A stretch of DNA of 64,000 nt. Source: an uncultured Candidatus Saccharibacteria bacterium (GTDB lineage Bacteria > Patescibacteriota > Doudnabacteria > UBA920). Position 1 is the stretch's first letter. Each line of letters opens with the position of its first letter. The stretch is taken from contig CAZVXT010000001.1 of assembly GCA_964631145.1 (NCBI GenBank), positions 393,237-457,236 on the forward strand, written 5' to 3'. The notes under the pieces are model-generated. The model was given only the letters and a program-made list of their open reading frames with translations. It was not told the origin of the DNA and made no database searches. Both the position numbers and the translations under genes were made by a program. Positions 1-8,490 of this stretch are shown in pieces.

Positions 1-1257
1 ATTTAGTTCGTCACCAAGGCGACTGCGAAGTCCTCCCAAAACTTTGTTTACTACTTCTCTGTCATCAGCGCCAAAGAATATTGCATCACCAATTTTGGCA
101 TTAGTTTTTGAAGTGATAGCTGTAATCTCTGTCTCAGACATAAATTTTAAGATTGGAGATTTTGGACCTTCTTCTGTCATAAGAATGTAGGCTAGCCCGC
201 CAGCTCCTAGTTTTTTTGCAAATTCAGTAAGATCATCGATTTGGCTGCGGGAAAAACTGCTCGCACCTGGAGCACATAATGCTTTGATTACTCCGCCATT
301 TTTTATAGCACTATTAAATACGCTAAATTCTGTGTTAGCAAAGTCTGGAGTTAGGTTGATCATTTCCATACCAAAACGCAAGTCTGGTTTGTCGCTACCA
401 TATTTATCCATAGCATCTGCATACGCAATACGAGGAATTTCCTGGGTAAGTAGTTGCTTATGTGCAAAATCCGTAACCAAAGATTTGATTAATGGTTCGA
501 TTGTCTGGCGAACTTCTTCACCATTTTCTATAAATGACATTTCTACATCAAGCTGGTAAAACTCTCCAGGGTGCCTATCAGCACGAGGGTCTTCGTCTCT
601 AAAGCATGGTGCAATCTGAAAATATCGTGGTAGTCCGCCTACCATTAATAATTGTTTAAATTGTTGAGGTGCTTGTGGGAGCGCATAGAATTGCCCTGGA
701 TGCAGACGGGATGGAACAAGATAATCGCGAGCTCCTTCTGGACTGCTAGATGTAAGTATAGGAGTAGTAACTTCTGTAAATTCTTTTTCATGCATAAACT
801 TTCGGATGGCCATATTAAACATATCGCGTTTTATTAGGCGATTTTGCATTTTGGTTCTGCGCAAATCTAAAAAGCGGTACTTAAGACGAAGTTCTTCGTT
901 TACTTCGGCACTGCCATGGCTAACAGGAAAAGGTAATATATCTGCTTTATTAAGGACCTCAATATTAGAAACCAATATTTCAATTTTTCCTGTACTTATA
1001 TTTGGATTTATCAGGCTTTCATCTCTTGTGGAGACTTTACCGCTAACTTTTATAACAGACTCATCTTTAAGTGATTGTGCAGTCTCAAAAGCCTGATTCT
1101 GTTCAGGTGAAATAGTTAACTGTACCAAATCAGTGTGATCGCGTAGATCAATAAAGATTAATCCTCCATGGTCACGGCTACTGTTAACCCAACCCGCAAG
1201 AGTTACTTCTTGCCCGATTTTGTCGCTGGTTTGAGAAATTAAAGTTCGGTTTTTCAT
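1..1257 (-). CDS. aspS: Aspartate--tRNA(Asp/Asn) ligase, likely non-discriminating (3' part beyond window)
   Basis: Manual translation from ATG 1257: MKNRTLISQ...VTLAGWVNSSRDHGGLIFIDLRD, later LPQAPQ-like and FRDED motifs; His in RDHGG is a non-discriminating AspRS signature; absent from ORF track because truncated. Confidence 0.95.
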   Translation of the reverse strand, partial: MKNRTLISQTSDKIGQEVTLAGWVNSSRDHGGLIFIDLRDHTDLVQLTISPEQNQAFETAQSLKDESVIKVSGKVSTRDESLINPNISTGKIEILVSNIEVLNKADILPFPVSHGSAEVNEELRLKYRFLDLRRTKMQNRLIKRDMFNMAIRKFMHEKEFTEVTTPILTSSSPEGARDYLVPSRLHPGQFYALPQAPQQFKQLLMVGGLPRYFQIAPCFRDEDPRADRHPGEFYQLDVEMSFIENGEEVRQTIEPLIKSLVTDFAHKQLLTQEIPRIAYADAMDKYGSDKPDLRFGMEMINLTPDFANTEFSVFNSAIKNGGVIKALCAPGASSFSRSQIDDLTEFAKKLGAGGLAYILMTEEGPKSPILKFMSETEITAITSKTNAKIGDAIFFGADDREVVNKVLGGLRSRLGDELN

Positions 1258-1285
1258 ATCTGTATAATTAATTAGTGTTGAATTT

Positions 1286-1340
1286 AAAAATAAAAACACC
1301 CTTACAAAACACCAAAATTTATTAGTGTTTTGTAAGGGCG
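1286..1340 (-). terminator. T-box attenuator terminator upstream of aspS
   Basis: CGCCCUUACAAAACAC...GUGUUUUGUAAGGGUG followed by UUUUUAUUUUU. Confidence 0.88.
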
Positions 1341-1508
1341 CTCTAAATAGTGTGCGCTGTGCCACCTTACTTCATTAATTTATTGCTAAATTAATCTCTT
1401 ATACCAGTATTTGTGACTGGTAAGGGTGATAACGGACCTGCCGAAGAGTTCTAATAACCTATAAGGCTTTCTTCTCTTTGCTCAGCTGTGTTTGCAGCTT
1501 CTTTGCAT
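1286..1508 (-). promoter_or_regulatory. T-box riboswitch, Asn (AAC) specifier, ultrashort Stem I, transcriptional
   Basis: K-turn stem UGC-AAA-GA-AGCUG-[CAAACA]-CAGCU-GA-GCA; Stem II; IIA/B with CCGUUA; antiterminator GUAAGG-UGGCACA-GCGC..GCGC-CCUUAC overlapping terminator. Confidence 0.9.
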
Positions 1509-1515
1509 TTAATTA

Positions 1516-1524
1516 ATTATACCA
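1516..1524 (-). promoter_or_regulatory. Extended -10 promoter of aspS T-box leader
   Basis: TGgTATAAT about 8 nt upstream of Stem I. Confidence 0.7.
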
Positions 1525-1542
1525 TGGGTTAATTTATAAATG

Positions 1543-1872
1543 CAAATAAAAAAGGCTCTTTAAACAGGAGGTGACTTGTTTAAAAAAGAGCCTTAATTGA
1601 AAAGACCGCGAAAAAAAATAAAAAACAGTCTTTTCGGGCGATGGGGCAGTCGGTTATGAGCCGTTGCTTATCCATCTACAAGGCAGAAGGGCTCATGTCC
1701 TGGCATTATTACATTCTAAAGCCAGCATATTTAAGAAGTTTGCACATTCTTAAAAGTTTTTAGCTCAATCCGCTTGATCCTTAAATCCTCATTAAAATTG
1801 TGAGAAGTGCAGGAAAAACTGAAGCTTTTCAGCTTTTCCTGCTAGTTTTGGAGAAAACTATGATTAGTAAGT
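1543..1872 (-). ncRNA. Candidate structured ncRNA A (~330 nt), unknown family
   Basis: Consensus promoter upstream, about 7 successive hairpins, terminator AAGGCUCUUU..AAAGAGCCUU+U tract with AGUCACCUCC loop, no credible ORF. Confidence 0.6.
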
Positions 1873-1878
1873 GATAAA

Positions 1879-1907
1879 ATTTTATCAAACAACTGGCTTT
1901 TTGTCAA
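1879..1907 (-). promoter_or_regulatory. sigma70 promoter of ncRNA A
   Basis: TTGACA-17-TAAAAT; perfect palindrome TGATAAAATTTTATCA (1872-1887) overlaps -10. Confidence 0.75.
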
Positions 1908-1979
1908 GCCATATTTTCTAGAAAATTTGGTATAATACTACTATAAAACTAATAAAAATTAATAGAAAAAATCAAAAAA

Positions 1980-2558
1980 ATGCTCAAAAAAATTGTCCTC
2001 GATTTAGAAACTCAAAAATCTTTTGATGAAGTTGGAGGAAGGGGAAAGAATCATTTATTAAAAATTTCAGTCTGCGGTATATATGATTATAGTCAAGATA
2101 AATATTTAATTTATGAAGAGCATGAATTGGCAAAACTGGCACCGATACTGCAAAGCGCTGATCAGATAATTGGTTTTAATATATTGGATTTTGATTTTGA
2201 GGTTTTGCAGCCTTATATGAACTTTAGCTTGGCTGAGATCCCTGCTTACGATTTGTTAAAAGAGATAGAGAAAGTAATTGGACATAGAATTTCTTTGGAA
2301 TCAGTCGCACAAGGAACGTTGGGTAGCGGTAAATCGGGAAATGGTTTAGAAGCAATTTTATATTATAAAAACAATCGCATGGATTTGTTAAAAAAATATT
2401 GTTTAAAAGATGTAGAGGTGACAAGGAAGGTTTATGAGTACGCTTTAAAAAATCAAAAATTATTATACAAAGATTATTTTGCTATGAAAGAATTGCCATT
2501 ACAGTGCCAAGAACCTCAAAGTAGAATGGGTGTACAAATTCAAGAGGTTTTATTTTGA
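1980..2558 (+). CDS. DEDD/RNase H-like exonuclease domain protein (YprB/RNase_H_2-like)
   Basis: VLDLET, IIGFNILDFD and YCLKDVEVT Exo I-III motifs. Confidence 0.85.
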   Translation: MLKKIVLDLETQKSFDEVGGRGKNHLLKISVCGIYDYSQDKYLIYEEHELAKLAPILQSADQIIGFNILDFDFEVLQPYMNFSLAEIPAYDLLKEIEKVIGHRISLESVAQGTLGSGKSGNGLEAILYYKNNRMDLLKKYCLKDVEVTRKVYEYALKNQKLLYKDYFAMKELPLQCQEPQSRMGVQIQEVLF

Positions 2559-3439
2559 AATATTTTAAAGAAAATTTAGTTTTGATTTTGGCACTGTTGC
2601 TTTACTTGGTAGTATCTGTATTTTTGTTAGGCTTTGTTTTTCCTGGAGCGTTGGTATTACCGCAGAGTTTTAATCTCGGATATCTAACCGTGCATTATTA
2701 TGGAATATGTTTGGCTGTAGGTTTTTTATTAGGATTTGGATTGCTATATTCAAAGAAAGATCTTTATAATTTAAATTCTAAGCAATATGAAGGGTTGATC
2801 TGGTATTTATTAATCAGTGGATTTGTTGGTGCAAGAATTTATCATGTTTTATCTCACGCTGATTATTATTTTTATAATTTAGCAGAAATTTTAAAAGTTT
2901 GGTCAGGTGGACTTAGTATATTTGGAGCATTGCTTGGCGGTTTGATTGGATTATATATATGGAACAAAAATAATTCTAATACACATAGCTTTACACGATT
3001 ATTGGATTTCCTTGTCCCAGGGTTAGCGCTTGCTCAAAGTTTTGGAAGATTGGGTAATGCTTTTAATTATGAATATCATGGGCTTCCTACGAGCGTACCA
3101 TGGGCTATGTTTGTACCAGAAAGCTTCCGATATTCTGACTTTTTTGATTATGCATTTTTTCACCCATTATTTTATTATGAAAGTTTTGTCTGTTTACTAT
3201 TAGCTTTAATTCTGCTAAAATTGCCAAGCTATAAAATATTTGAAAAGTATCAAAAACCTGGCAATTTGTTTGCTATTTACTTGATTTTATACTCTTGCTT
3301 TAGGATTGTCTTCGAATATATGAGGTTGGATAGCACTATAATTTATGGATTTAAATTTAACATAATCACTGCTTTAGTAGCTATAATTATAGGAATCTTG
3401 ATTATTTTTAGAAATTATAAATATGAGTTTTCTCAATAA
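2555..3439 (+). CDS. lgt: Prolipoprotein diacylglyceryl transferase
   Basis: YYG, GARIYHV, GGLSIFG, GRLGN, HPLFYYE, EYMR motifs. Confidence 0.92.
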   Translation: MKYFKENLVLILALLLYLVVSVFLLGFVFPGALVLPQSFNLGYLTVHYYGICLAVGFLLGFGLLYSKKDLYNLNSKQYEGLIWYLLISGFVGARIYHVLSHADYYFYNLAEILKVWSGGLSIFGALLGGLIGLYIWNKNNSNTHSFTRLLDFLVPGLALAQSFGRLGNAFNYEYHGLPTSVPWAMFVPESFRYSDFFDYAFFHPLFYYESFVCLLLALILLKLPSYKIFEKYQKPGNLFAIYLILYSCFRIVFEYMRLDSTIIYGFKFNIITALVAIIIGILIIFRNYKYEFSQ

Positions 3440-4181
3440 TAATTTACAACATAAAATAGTAAGCATTTTCGCGGCTTTGGTTTTTGTTTTAAATGGAATT
3501 TACTTTTCAGGAAGCAATTTGGTTATCATTAATTGGATTGCTTCAGTTTTGTTATTTACCGCCGCGATTACTATTTATAATTATCTATATTTACAAAAAC
3601 AAGATAATTTTTCGTGGTGGCTAGTTTTGCGTTTTAGTTTGTTTATTTTTTTCTGGTTTTTAGTATTTGGATTAATTCCAAGCTTGGCTTTGAAAATCAT
3701 TTATCTAATAGCTAGCGGACTTTTGGTTTATTTCTTTGAAAACTTAATTGCTAATACCGGACAACAGTTTGAATGGAATTTTTTATTAGTATCTTTAATT
3801 ACATTTTTAATGGTTGTGTACGGGCTTGGTTTTTATTTCATGATTCCCGGCATGTTAGATTTTTTGATTATGTTTGTAGGTATATTGTTAATATTTAGAG
3901 TTTTCGTACATTCTGTTCCTAATGATGTAAATACCAAATGGTTTGTTGCAGCAGTAATGTCACTGGCGGCAGTAGAATTGTATTGGGGTTTGCAATTTTT
4001 ACCATTGCATTATTCTGTTTTGGCAATTATTGAATTTAATATACTGTACTTACTGTGGTCATTGTATTATCATTACTTATATAAGACTTTAACTATCAAG
4101 CAAATACAATTAAGCTTTTTAGTTGTAGTTGCAGTGTCTGTATTAGCGCTGCTAACTACTCCTTGGTCAATTATTTTATAA
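3423..4181 (+). CDS. Multi-pass membrane hypothetical protein
   Basis: 252 aa, 8-9 hydrophobic segments, operonic overlap. Confidence 0.8.
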   Translation: MSFLNNNLQHKIVSIFAALVFVLNGIYFSGSNLVIINWIASVLLFTAAITIYNYLYLQKQDNFSWWLVLRFSLFIFFWFLVFGLIPSLALKIIYLIASGLLVYFFENLIANTGQQFEWNFLLVSLITFLMVVYGLGFYFMIPGMLDFLIMFVGILLIFRVFVHSVPNDVNTKWFVAAVMSLAAVELYWGLQFLPLHYSVLAIIEFNILYLLWSLYYHYLYKTLTIKQIQLSFLVVVAVSVLALLTTPWSIIL

Positions 4182-4184
4182 CTT

Positions 4185-5246
4185 ATGAAGAAACAATTTT
4201 GGATTTTGATTTTCATTGCTTTTTTAGCAAGCATGGTTTTTAATTTGATGTTCGGCGGATTAATTTCTGCCAAGCTATCTACGGTTCCAATTTTTGGGAA
4301 ATTGGGTCTCTTTAAAGCTAATGCTCCTATTGTAATTAATAATCGCGAGGTTGTTAGAGCTCCGGGTAATCAGGATATCGTTGATGCCGGTGATAAGATT
4401 AAGAATAAAATTTCTACTTTAGTAGCTGTAAAAGGTGATAATATAACTAACTTGGGTAATTTAGTTAATTGGACAGAAGATGGATATTTAGTAGGAAGCC
4501 AAAAAATATTTGTAGCTGCTCCAACTGGTGCTTCTTTGGGTGTGATAACAGATACAGGTGATTTTTACCCGGTGGATAAAACTTTTCCGGATGAATATTC
4601 TGGTTTGGTGGTTGTAAAAATTTCAGCTAGGGGATTGATTGTTTCTAATTTGAGTGATTATAAAAATTTGCGAGTAGGACAACAAGTTGTCGCCGTAGAT
4701 AAATTTTCTAACGGCAAAGATTACAGATTATTTTCTGGAAACATAAATAATTTAAACACAGATAGAAGTATGCAGATTTTGGAGTCTGATCGTTTTCAAA
4801 ATGGTTACGGAGTAGGGATGTTAATTCCAACTGCAGGAGCTGTATACTTTGACCTAGATGGAAAATTTTTGGGATTAGATGGTTATAGTGCTATTTTGCC
4901 TGGAGATATGATTAAAACTATTTTTGATCAATTTATTACAAATAATTCTACATTTAAACATTCAGCTTATGGTTTTTCTTATCAATACTTAAGTGATATT
5001 GAAGCTAAAGTTTTGCAAACTTCTAGCGGTTATAGAGTAATGGGTATGGCTAATAATAAGCCAGCTTCAACTGCAGGTTTAAAAGTAGGTGATATAATAA
5101 CCTCTTTTGGACAAAAGGATATAAAAGATGGGCAAAGTATATTTTCTGCTATGCTGCAAAAATATGTTCCTGGTCAGTCTGTGGAAATAAAAATTCTTAG
5201 AGAAGGCATTGAGCAAACTTTGACTATTTCTGCCGCCAACTTATAA
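4185..5246 (+). CDS. HtrA/DegP-like membrane-anchored trypsin+PDZ protein, catalytic residues degenerate
   Basis: N-terminal TM, EDGYLV, LRVGQQVVAV, PDZ PASTAGLKVGDII; no GNSGG. Confidence 0.75.
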   Translation: MKKQFWILIFIAFLASMVFNLMFGGLISAKLSTVPIFGKLGLFKANAPIVINNREVVRAPGNQDIVDAGDKIKNKISTLVAVKGDNITNLGNLVNWTEDGYLVGSQKIFVAAPTGASLGVITDTGDFYPVDKTFPDEYSGLVVVKISARGLIVSNLSDYKNLRVGQQVVAVDKFSNGKDYRLFSGNINNLNTDRSMQILESDRFQNGYGVGMLIPTAGAVYFDLDGKFLGLDGYSAILPGDMIKTIFDQFITNNSTFKHSAYGFSYQYLSDIEAKVLQTSSGYRVMGMANNKPASTAGLKVGDIITSFGQKDIKDGQSIFSAMLQKYVPGQSVEIKILREGIEQTLTISAANL

Positions 5247-5250
5247 ATTT

Positions 5251-5278
5251 AAAAAGCACTCTTATCGAGTGCTTTTTT
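5251..5278. terminator. Bidirectional intrinsic terminator
   Basis: AAAAAGCACTC-TTATC-GAGTGCTTTTT between convergent genes. Confidence 0.8.
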
Positions 5279-5297
5279 ACAAAACAAGCTTGATATT

Positions 5298-5897
5298 TTA
5301 TATCTCTCTACGTCCCTCTAAGGCTCTGCTTAGAGTAACATCATCAGCGTATTCTAAGTCGCTACCCATAGGAAGTCCTCTAGCTATTCTTGTAACTTTG
5401 ACAGGGCTATCTTGGAGCATTTTGACAATATGCATTGCTGTTGTTTCTCCTTCTAGTGTAGGGTTGGTGGCAATGATAATTTCTTCGGTCCCTTCTTGTT
5501 CGACTCTTGATTTAAGTGAGTCCAAATTTAACTGAGTTGGACCAATTCCTTCCATTGGGTTGAGAACTCCACCTAATACATGAAAGATACCATTAAATTG
5601 TCCAGAGCGATCTAGGGCGATTGCATCCAAGGGTTCTTCTACTACGCAAATTAGCTTTTGATTTCTTGATAAATTATGGCAAATGCTACATGGATCAGAT
5701 TCTGCCATGTTGTGGCAACGGGTACAAAAAACAATATCTTGCTTAAGATTTTTTAAGCTGTCAGAAAAATTAAGCAATTCAACATTGTCAGATTTTAATA
5801 AATAAAACCCAAGCCTTTGAGCAGACTTTTGTCCAATTCCTGGTAACTTATTAAATTCATTTATTAATCTTTGTAAAGAAGTTGGGAGTTTGAGCAT
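5298..5897 (-). CDS. recR: Recombination mediator RecR
   Basis: LPGIGQKSAQRL, C4 zinc finger, Toprim CVVEE, YADDVTL. Confidence 0.96.
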   Translation of the reverse strand: MLKLPTSLQRLINEFNKLPGIGQKSAQRLGFYLLKSDNVELLNFSDSLKNLKQDIVFCTRCHNMAESDPCSICHNLSRNQKLICVVEEPLDAIALDRSGQFNGIFHVLGGVLNPMEGIGPTQLNLDSLKSRVEQEGTEEIIIATNPTLEGETTAMHIVKMLQDSPVKVTRIARGLPMGSDLEYADDVTLSRALEGRREI

Positions 5898-5919
5898 TGA
5901 AATAACTAAATAGTCTTTA

Positions 5920-7317
5920 TTAGCCAAAATTTTCGTCTTGATTTTGAGTTAGGCTTTGCATTACTTTGTCTGGGCTAGTATCGAAGGATCTGTCTAGATT
6001 GCGGAAAGAAGTTTTTTCTCCATCGAAGAATAAATCTACTTGACCTGTTGGTCCATTACGGTGTTTTTTGATGTGCAGTTCGGCAATATTTGGTCTACTA
6101 GACTCTTTGCCTTTATACATATCTTCACGATAAATAAACATTACAACATCGGCATCTTGTTCAATAGATCCAGATTCACGCAAGTCGGCTAATTGAGGTA
6201 CTTTATCTGGGCGATTTTCTACGCCACGAGAAAGCTGGGACAAAGCCAAAACTGGTACGTTAAGTTCGCGAGCTAAAATTTTGAGCGAGCGAGAGATTTC
6301 TGAAACTTCTTGAACACGGTTGTCTGTGTTGCGACCAGCCATTAACTGCAAATAATCAACTACAACCAAACCTAATTTGTGTTCAGCGGCAAGACGACGA
6401 GCTTTGGTTCTAATTTCCATAATATTTCCACCAGCGGCATCGTCAATATAGATTGGTGCTTCTGATAAAGTTCCCATAGCTTCGGACAGTGTTGCAAAGT
6501 CATCGTCGGTAAGCTGTCCAGTACGGATTTTCCAGAAGTCGACATTGCTTTCTGCGGCAAGCAAACGGTCTACAAGCTGGTCTTTACTCATTTCGAGAGA
6601 AAAGATTCCTGTTGGGGTTTTGGTGTGCACGGCTACATATCTCATAATATCTAGTGCTAAAGAAGTTTTTCCCATAGAAGGACGTGCGGCCAAAATAACA
6701 AGGTCGGATTTTTGTAGTCCACCAAGTTTTTTATCTAATTCTACAAACCCTGTTGGAACTCCGCGCAACTTTCCACGCTCACGATGTAGCTCGTCAATAC
6801 GCTCAAACGTTTCGTGTAAGACAGAACTAATTGGCACAAAGTTTTGTTGAAGATGCGATTGAGAAATATTAAAGAGTTTTTGTTCGGCTTTGTCGAGAAT
6901 GTTTTCAATTTCTCCTTCTTCCGAAAAAGCCATGTTTGTAATATCGTTTGCCGATTGTATAAGGCGGCGAAGAGTGCCTTTTTTGCGAACAATACTAGCG
7001 TAATAAGTAACATGAGCAGCACTTGGCACAGAGTTAACCAAGCTAGTTAGGTAACTGGTGCCACCAACGCGATCCATTTGCTTCTTTTCTTCAATATTAT
7101 TAGATACGGTCAATACATCGATAGAAACATTTTGTTCAAATAATTGAATTATTGCCTCATAAATTATTCTGTGTCTAAAGTCGTAAAAATCATCAGCTAC
7201 AATTTGATCACCGACTTTGACAATAGCATCCTTATCTAGCATAAGACAGCCTAGAAGAGCTGTTTCTGCTTCTAGGTTTTGTGGGGGTAGGCGGTCGATT
7301 GTATGGTTTCCTGTCAT
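5920..7317 (-). CDS. dnaB: Replicative DNA helicase
   Basis: PPQNLEAE, ARPSMGKT, DYLQL, LRESGSIEQDAD; start moved to ATG 7317. Confidence 0.96.
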   Translation of the reverse strand: MTGNHTIDRLPPQNLEAETALLGCLMLDKDAIVKVGDQIVADDFYDFRHRIIYEAIIQLFEQNVSIDVLTVSNNIEEKKQMDRVGGTSYLTSLVNSVPSAAHVTYYASIVRKKGTLRRLIQSANDITNMAFSEEGEIENILDKAEQKLFNISQSHLQQNFVPISSVLHETFERIDELHRERGKLRGVPTGFVELDKKLGGLQKSDLVILAARPSMGKTSLALDIMRYVAVHTKTPTGIFSLEMSKDQLVDRLLAAESNVDFWKIRTGQLTDDDFATLSEAMGTLSEAPIYIDDAAGGNIMEIRTKARRLAAEHKLGLVVVDYLQLMAGRNTDNRVQEVSEISRSLKILARELNVPVLALSQLSRGVENRPDKVPQLADLRESGSIEQDADVVMFIYREDMYKGKESSRPNIAELHIKKHRNGPTGQVDLFFDGEKTSFRNLDRSFDTSPDKVMQSLTQNQDENFG

Positions 7318-7328
7318 AAGATATTTAC

Positions 7329-7445
7329 GCTTTAATTTTTGGTTAACTTCTTTGTCACATTTTCCGCTACTCGCTTCAGCGTACCAATAAGTACGCTTCA
7401 CTCGTTGCTCAAATGTTTTCTCGAATTTAACTCAAAAATTAAAGC
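7329..7445. repeat. 117-bp palindromic MITE/REP-like element
   Basis: Terminal IR GCTTTAATTTTTGGTTAA / TTAACTCAAAAATTAAAGC, inner ACATTT/AAATGT, central GCGTAC-CAATAA-GTACGC. Confidence 0.6.
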
Positions 7446-7512
7446 ATATTTTGAGTTAATTCAGAATCCTTGTTGTCATCTAATTGTAGCAAACTTTACC
7501 TTTTGTCTCATC

Positions 7513-7541
7513 TTGACAGGATCATAGATTTTCGGCATAAT
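7513..7541 (+). promoter_or_regulatory. sigma70 promoter of orphan cluster
   Basis: TTGACA-17-CATAAT. Confidence 0.7.
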
Positions 7542-7578
7542 ATTACCAGTATATTTTAAAGCTACTAAAGGGGGTTTT

Positions 7579-7881
7579 ATGAAGGCTAAAGAATCTAAAA
7601 TCAGGTTTGAATTTGAAGAAAAGATATATAATCCACACCAAGAATATCGCGGACAGATATTTAATCTAAAAATTGGATACGAATTTTTAGAGGAAGTTTG
7701 TAAATTAGTTTATAAGTTAAATAAATGTATTACTACTAGCGATAATGGATTTACTGTGATAAATACACGACCTGAAAAAAATAGTGTTAGTTTATCTGTA
7801 GTTTATAATAATAAACAGCAAATTGAAAAATTCAGAAATGCGTTAGTAGATATAAAAATACGGCTAAGCCAAAATTTATAA
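7579..7881 (+). CDS. Hypothetical protein (orphan, SD-led)
   Basis: 100 aa, AAAGGGGG RBS, follows promoter. Confidence 0.7.
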   Translation: MKAKESKIRFEFEEKIYNPHQEYRGQIFNLKIGYEFLEEVCKLVYKLNKCITTSDNGFTVINTRPEKNSVSLSVVYNNKQQIEKFRNALVDIKIRLSQNL

Positions 7882-7921
7882 GCTTTTATAGGTAGAATAA
7901 ATTTTTGAAGGAGATTGTTAT

Positions 7922-8065
7922 ATGCCAAAAAATATTGAAGAAGATTTATTAGATACAAATATTAACAGCGAAGAAACAATTCTTAACATAGAAGAAGAAG
8001 TAAGGGAATCAAAACAATTTCGACAAGAGGAGGGTAAACTTTATGACAGCAATAACACCCGGTAA
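7922..8065 (+). CDS. Small acidic hypothetical protein (47 aa)
   Basis: GAAGGAG RBS; MPKNIEEDLLDTNINSEETILNIEEEVRESKQFRQEEGKLYDSNNTR; below ORF-track cutoff. Confidence 0.55.
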   Translation: MPKNIEEDLLDTNINSEETILNIEEEVRESKQFRQEEGKLYDSNNTR

Positions 8066-8246
8066 AAGATTTGGAAAAGAAGAACATGAAATGCTTGCAG
8101 AAAAAAATATCTACAATGCACTTGGAGTGTTTATTTCTATTTTTGAAAAGAGTAACGGCGATTATAAACTTGCTAATCAGCATGCTCGTGATGCACACTT
8201 CAAATCTATAGAGAGATTTGAGAAAAGATATTCAAAAAATTATTAG
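8043..8246 (+). CDS. Small hypothetical protein
   Basis: GAGGAGG RBS, 67 aa. Confidence 0.7.
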   Translation: MTAITPGKRFGKEEHEMLAEKNIYNALGVFISIFEKSNGDYKLANQHARDAHFKSIERFEKRYSKNY

Positions 8247-8260
8247 ATTAGGAGGTTTAT

Positions 8261-8461
8261 ATGGCGGGTTTAACTTATAGTTCACGTGTCATAGATTTGG
8301 CTAAAGCACTACTAGATCATCCCATAAACAAAGAAACTGGTTTGGTAAAGGAAATTGATGTAAATCTTATGCCACTACTCCGGCAGATAGATGAAATAGA
8401 CATTAATTTTACATTGTTACTATTAGGAATTGCTAAAGCTAAAAATAATGATCAAAAATAA
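8261..8461 (+). CDS. Small hypothetical protein
   Basis: AGGAGGT RBS, 66 aa. Confidence 0.7.
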   Translation: MAGLTYSSRVIDLAKALLDHPINKETGLVKEIDVNLMPLLRQIDEIDINFTLLLLGIAKAKNNDQK

Positions 8462-8490
8462 AAGAGCGAATTATCGCTCTTATTTTTTTT
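8461..8490. terminator. Bidirectional terminator
   Basis: AAGAGCGA-ATTA-TCGCTCTT flanked by A/T tracts, overlaps cysS stop. Confidence 0.75.

Noticed and set aside
284-1096. + strand ORFs 284, 652, 806 and many similar short overlapping ORFs window-wide
   Set aside because: Antisense or off-frame shadows of well-supported genes such as aspS
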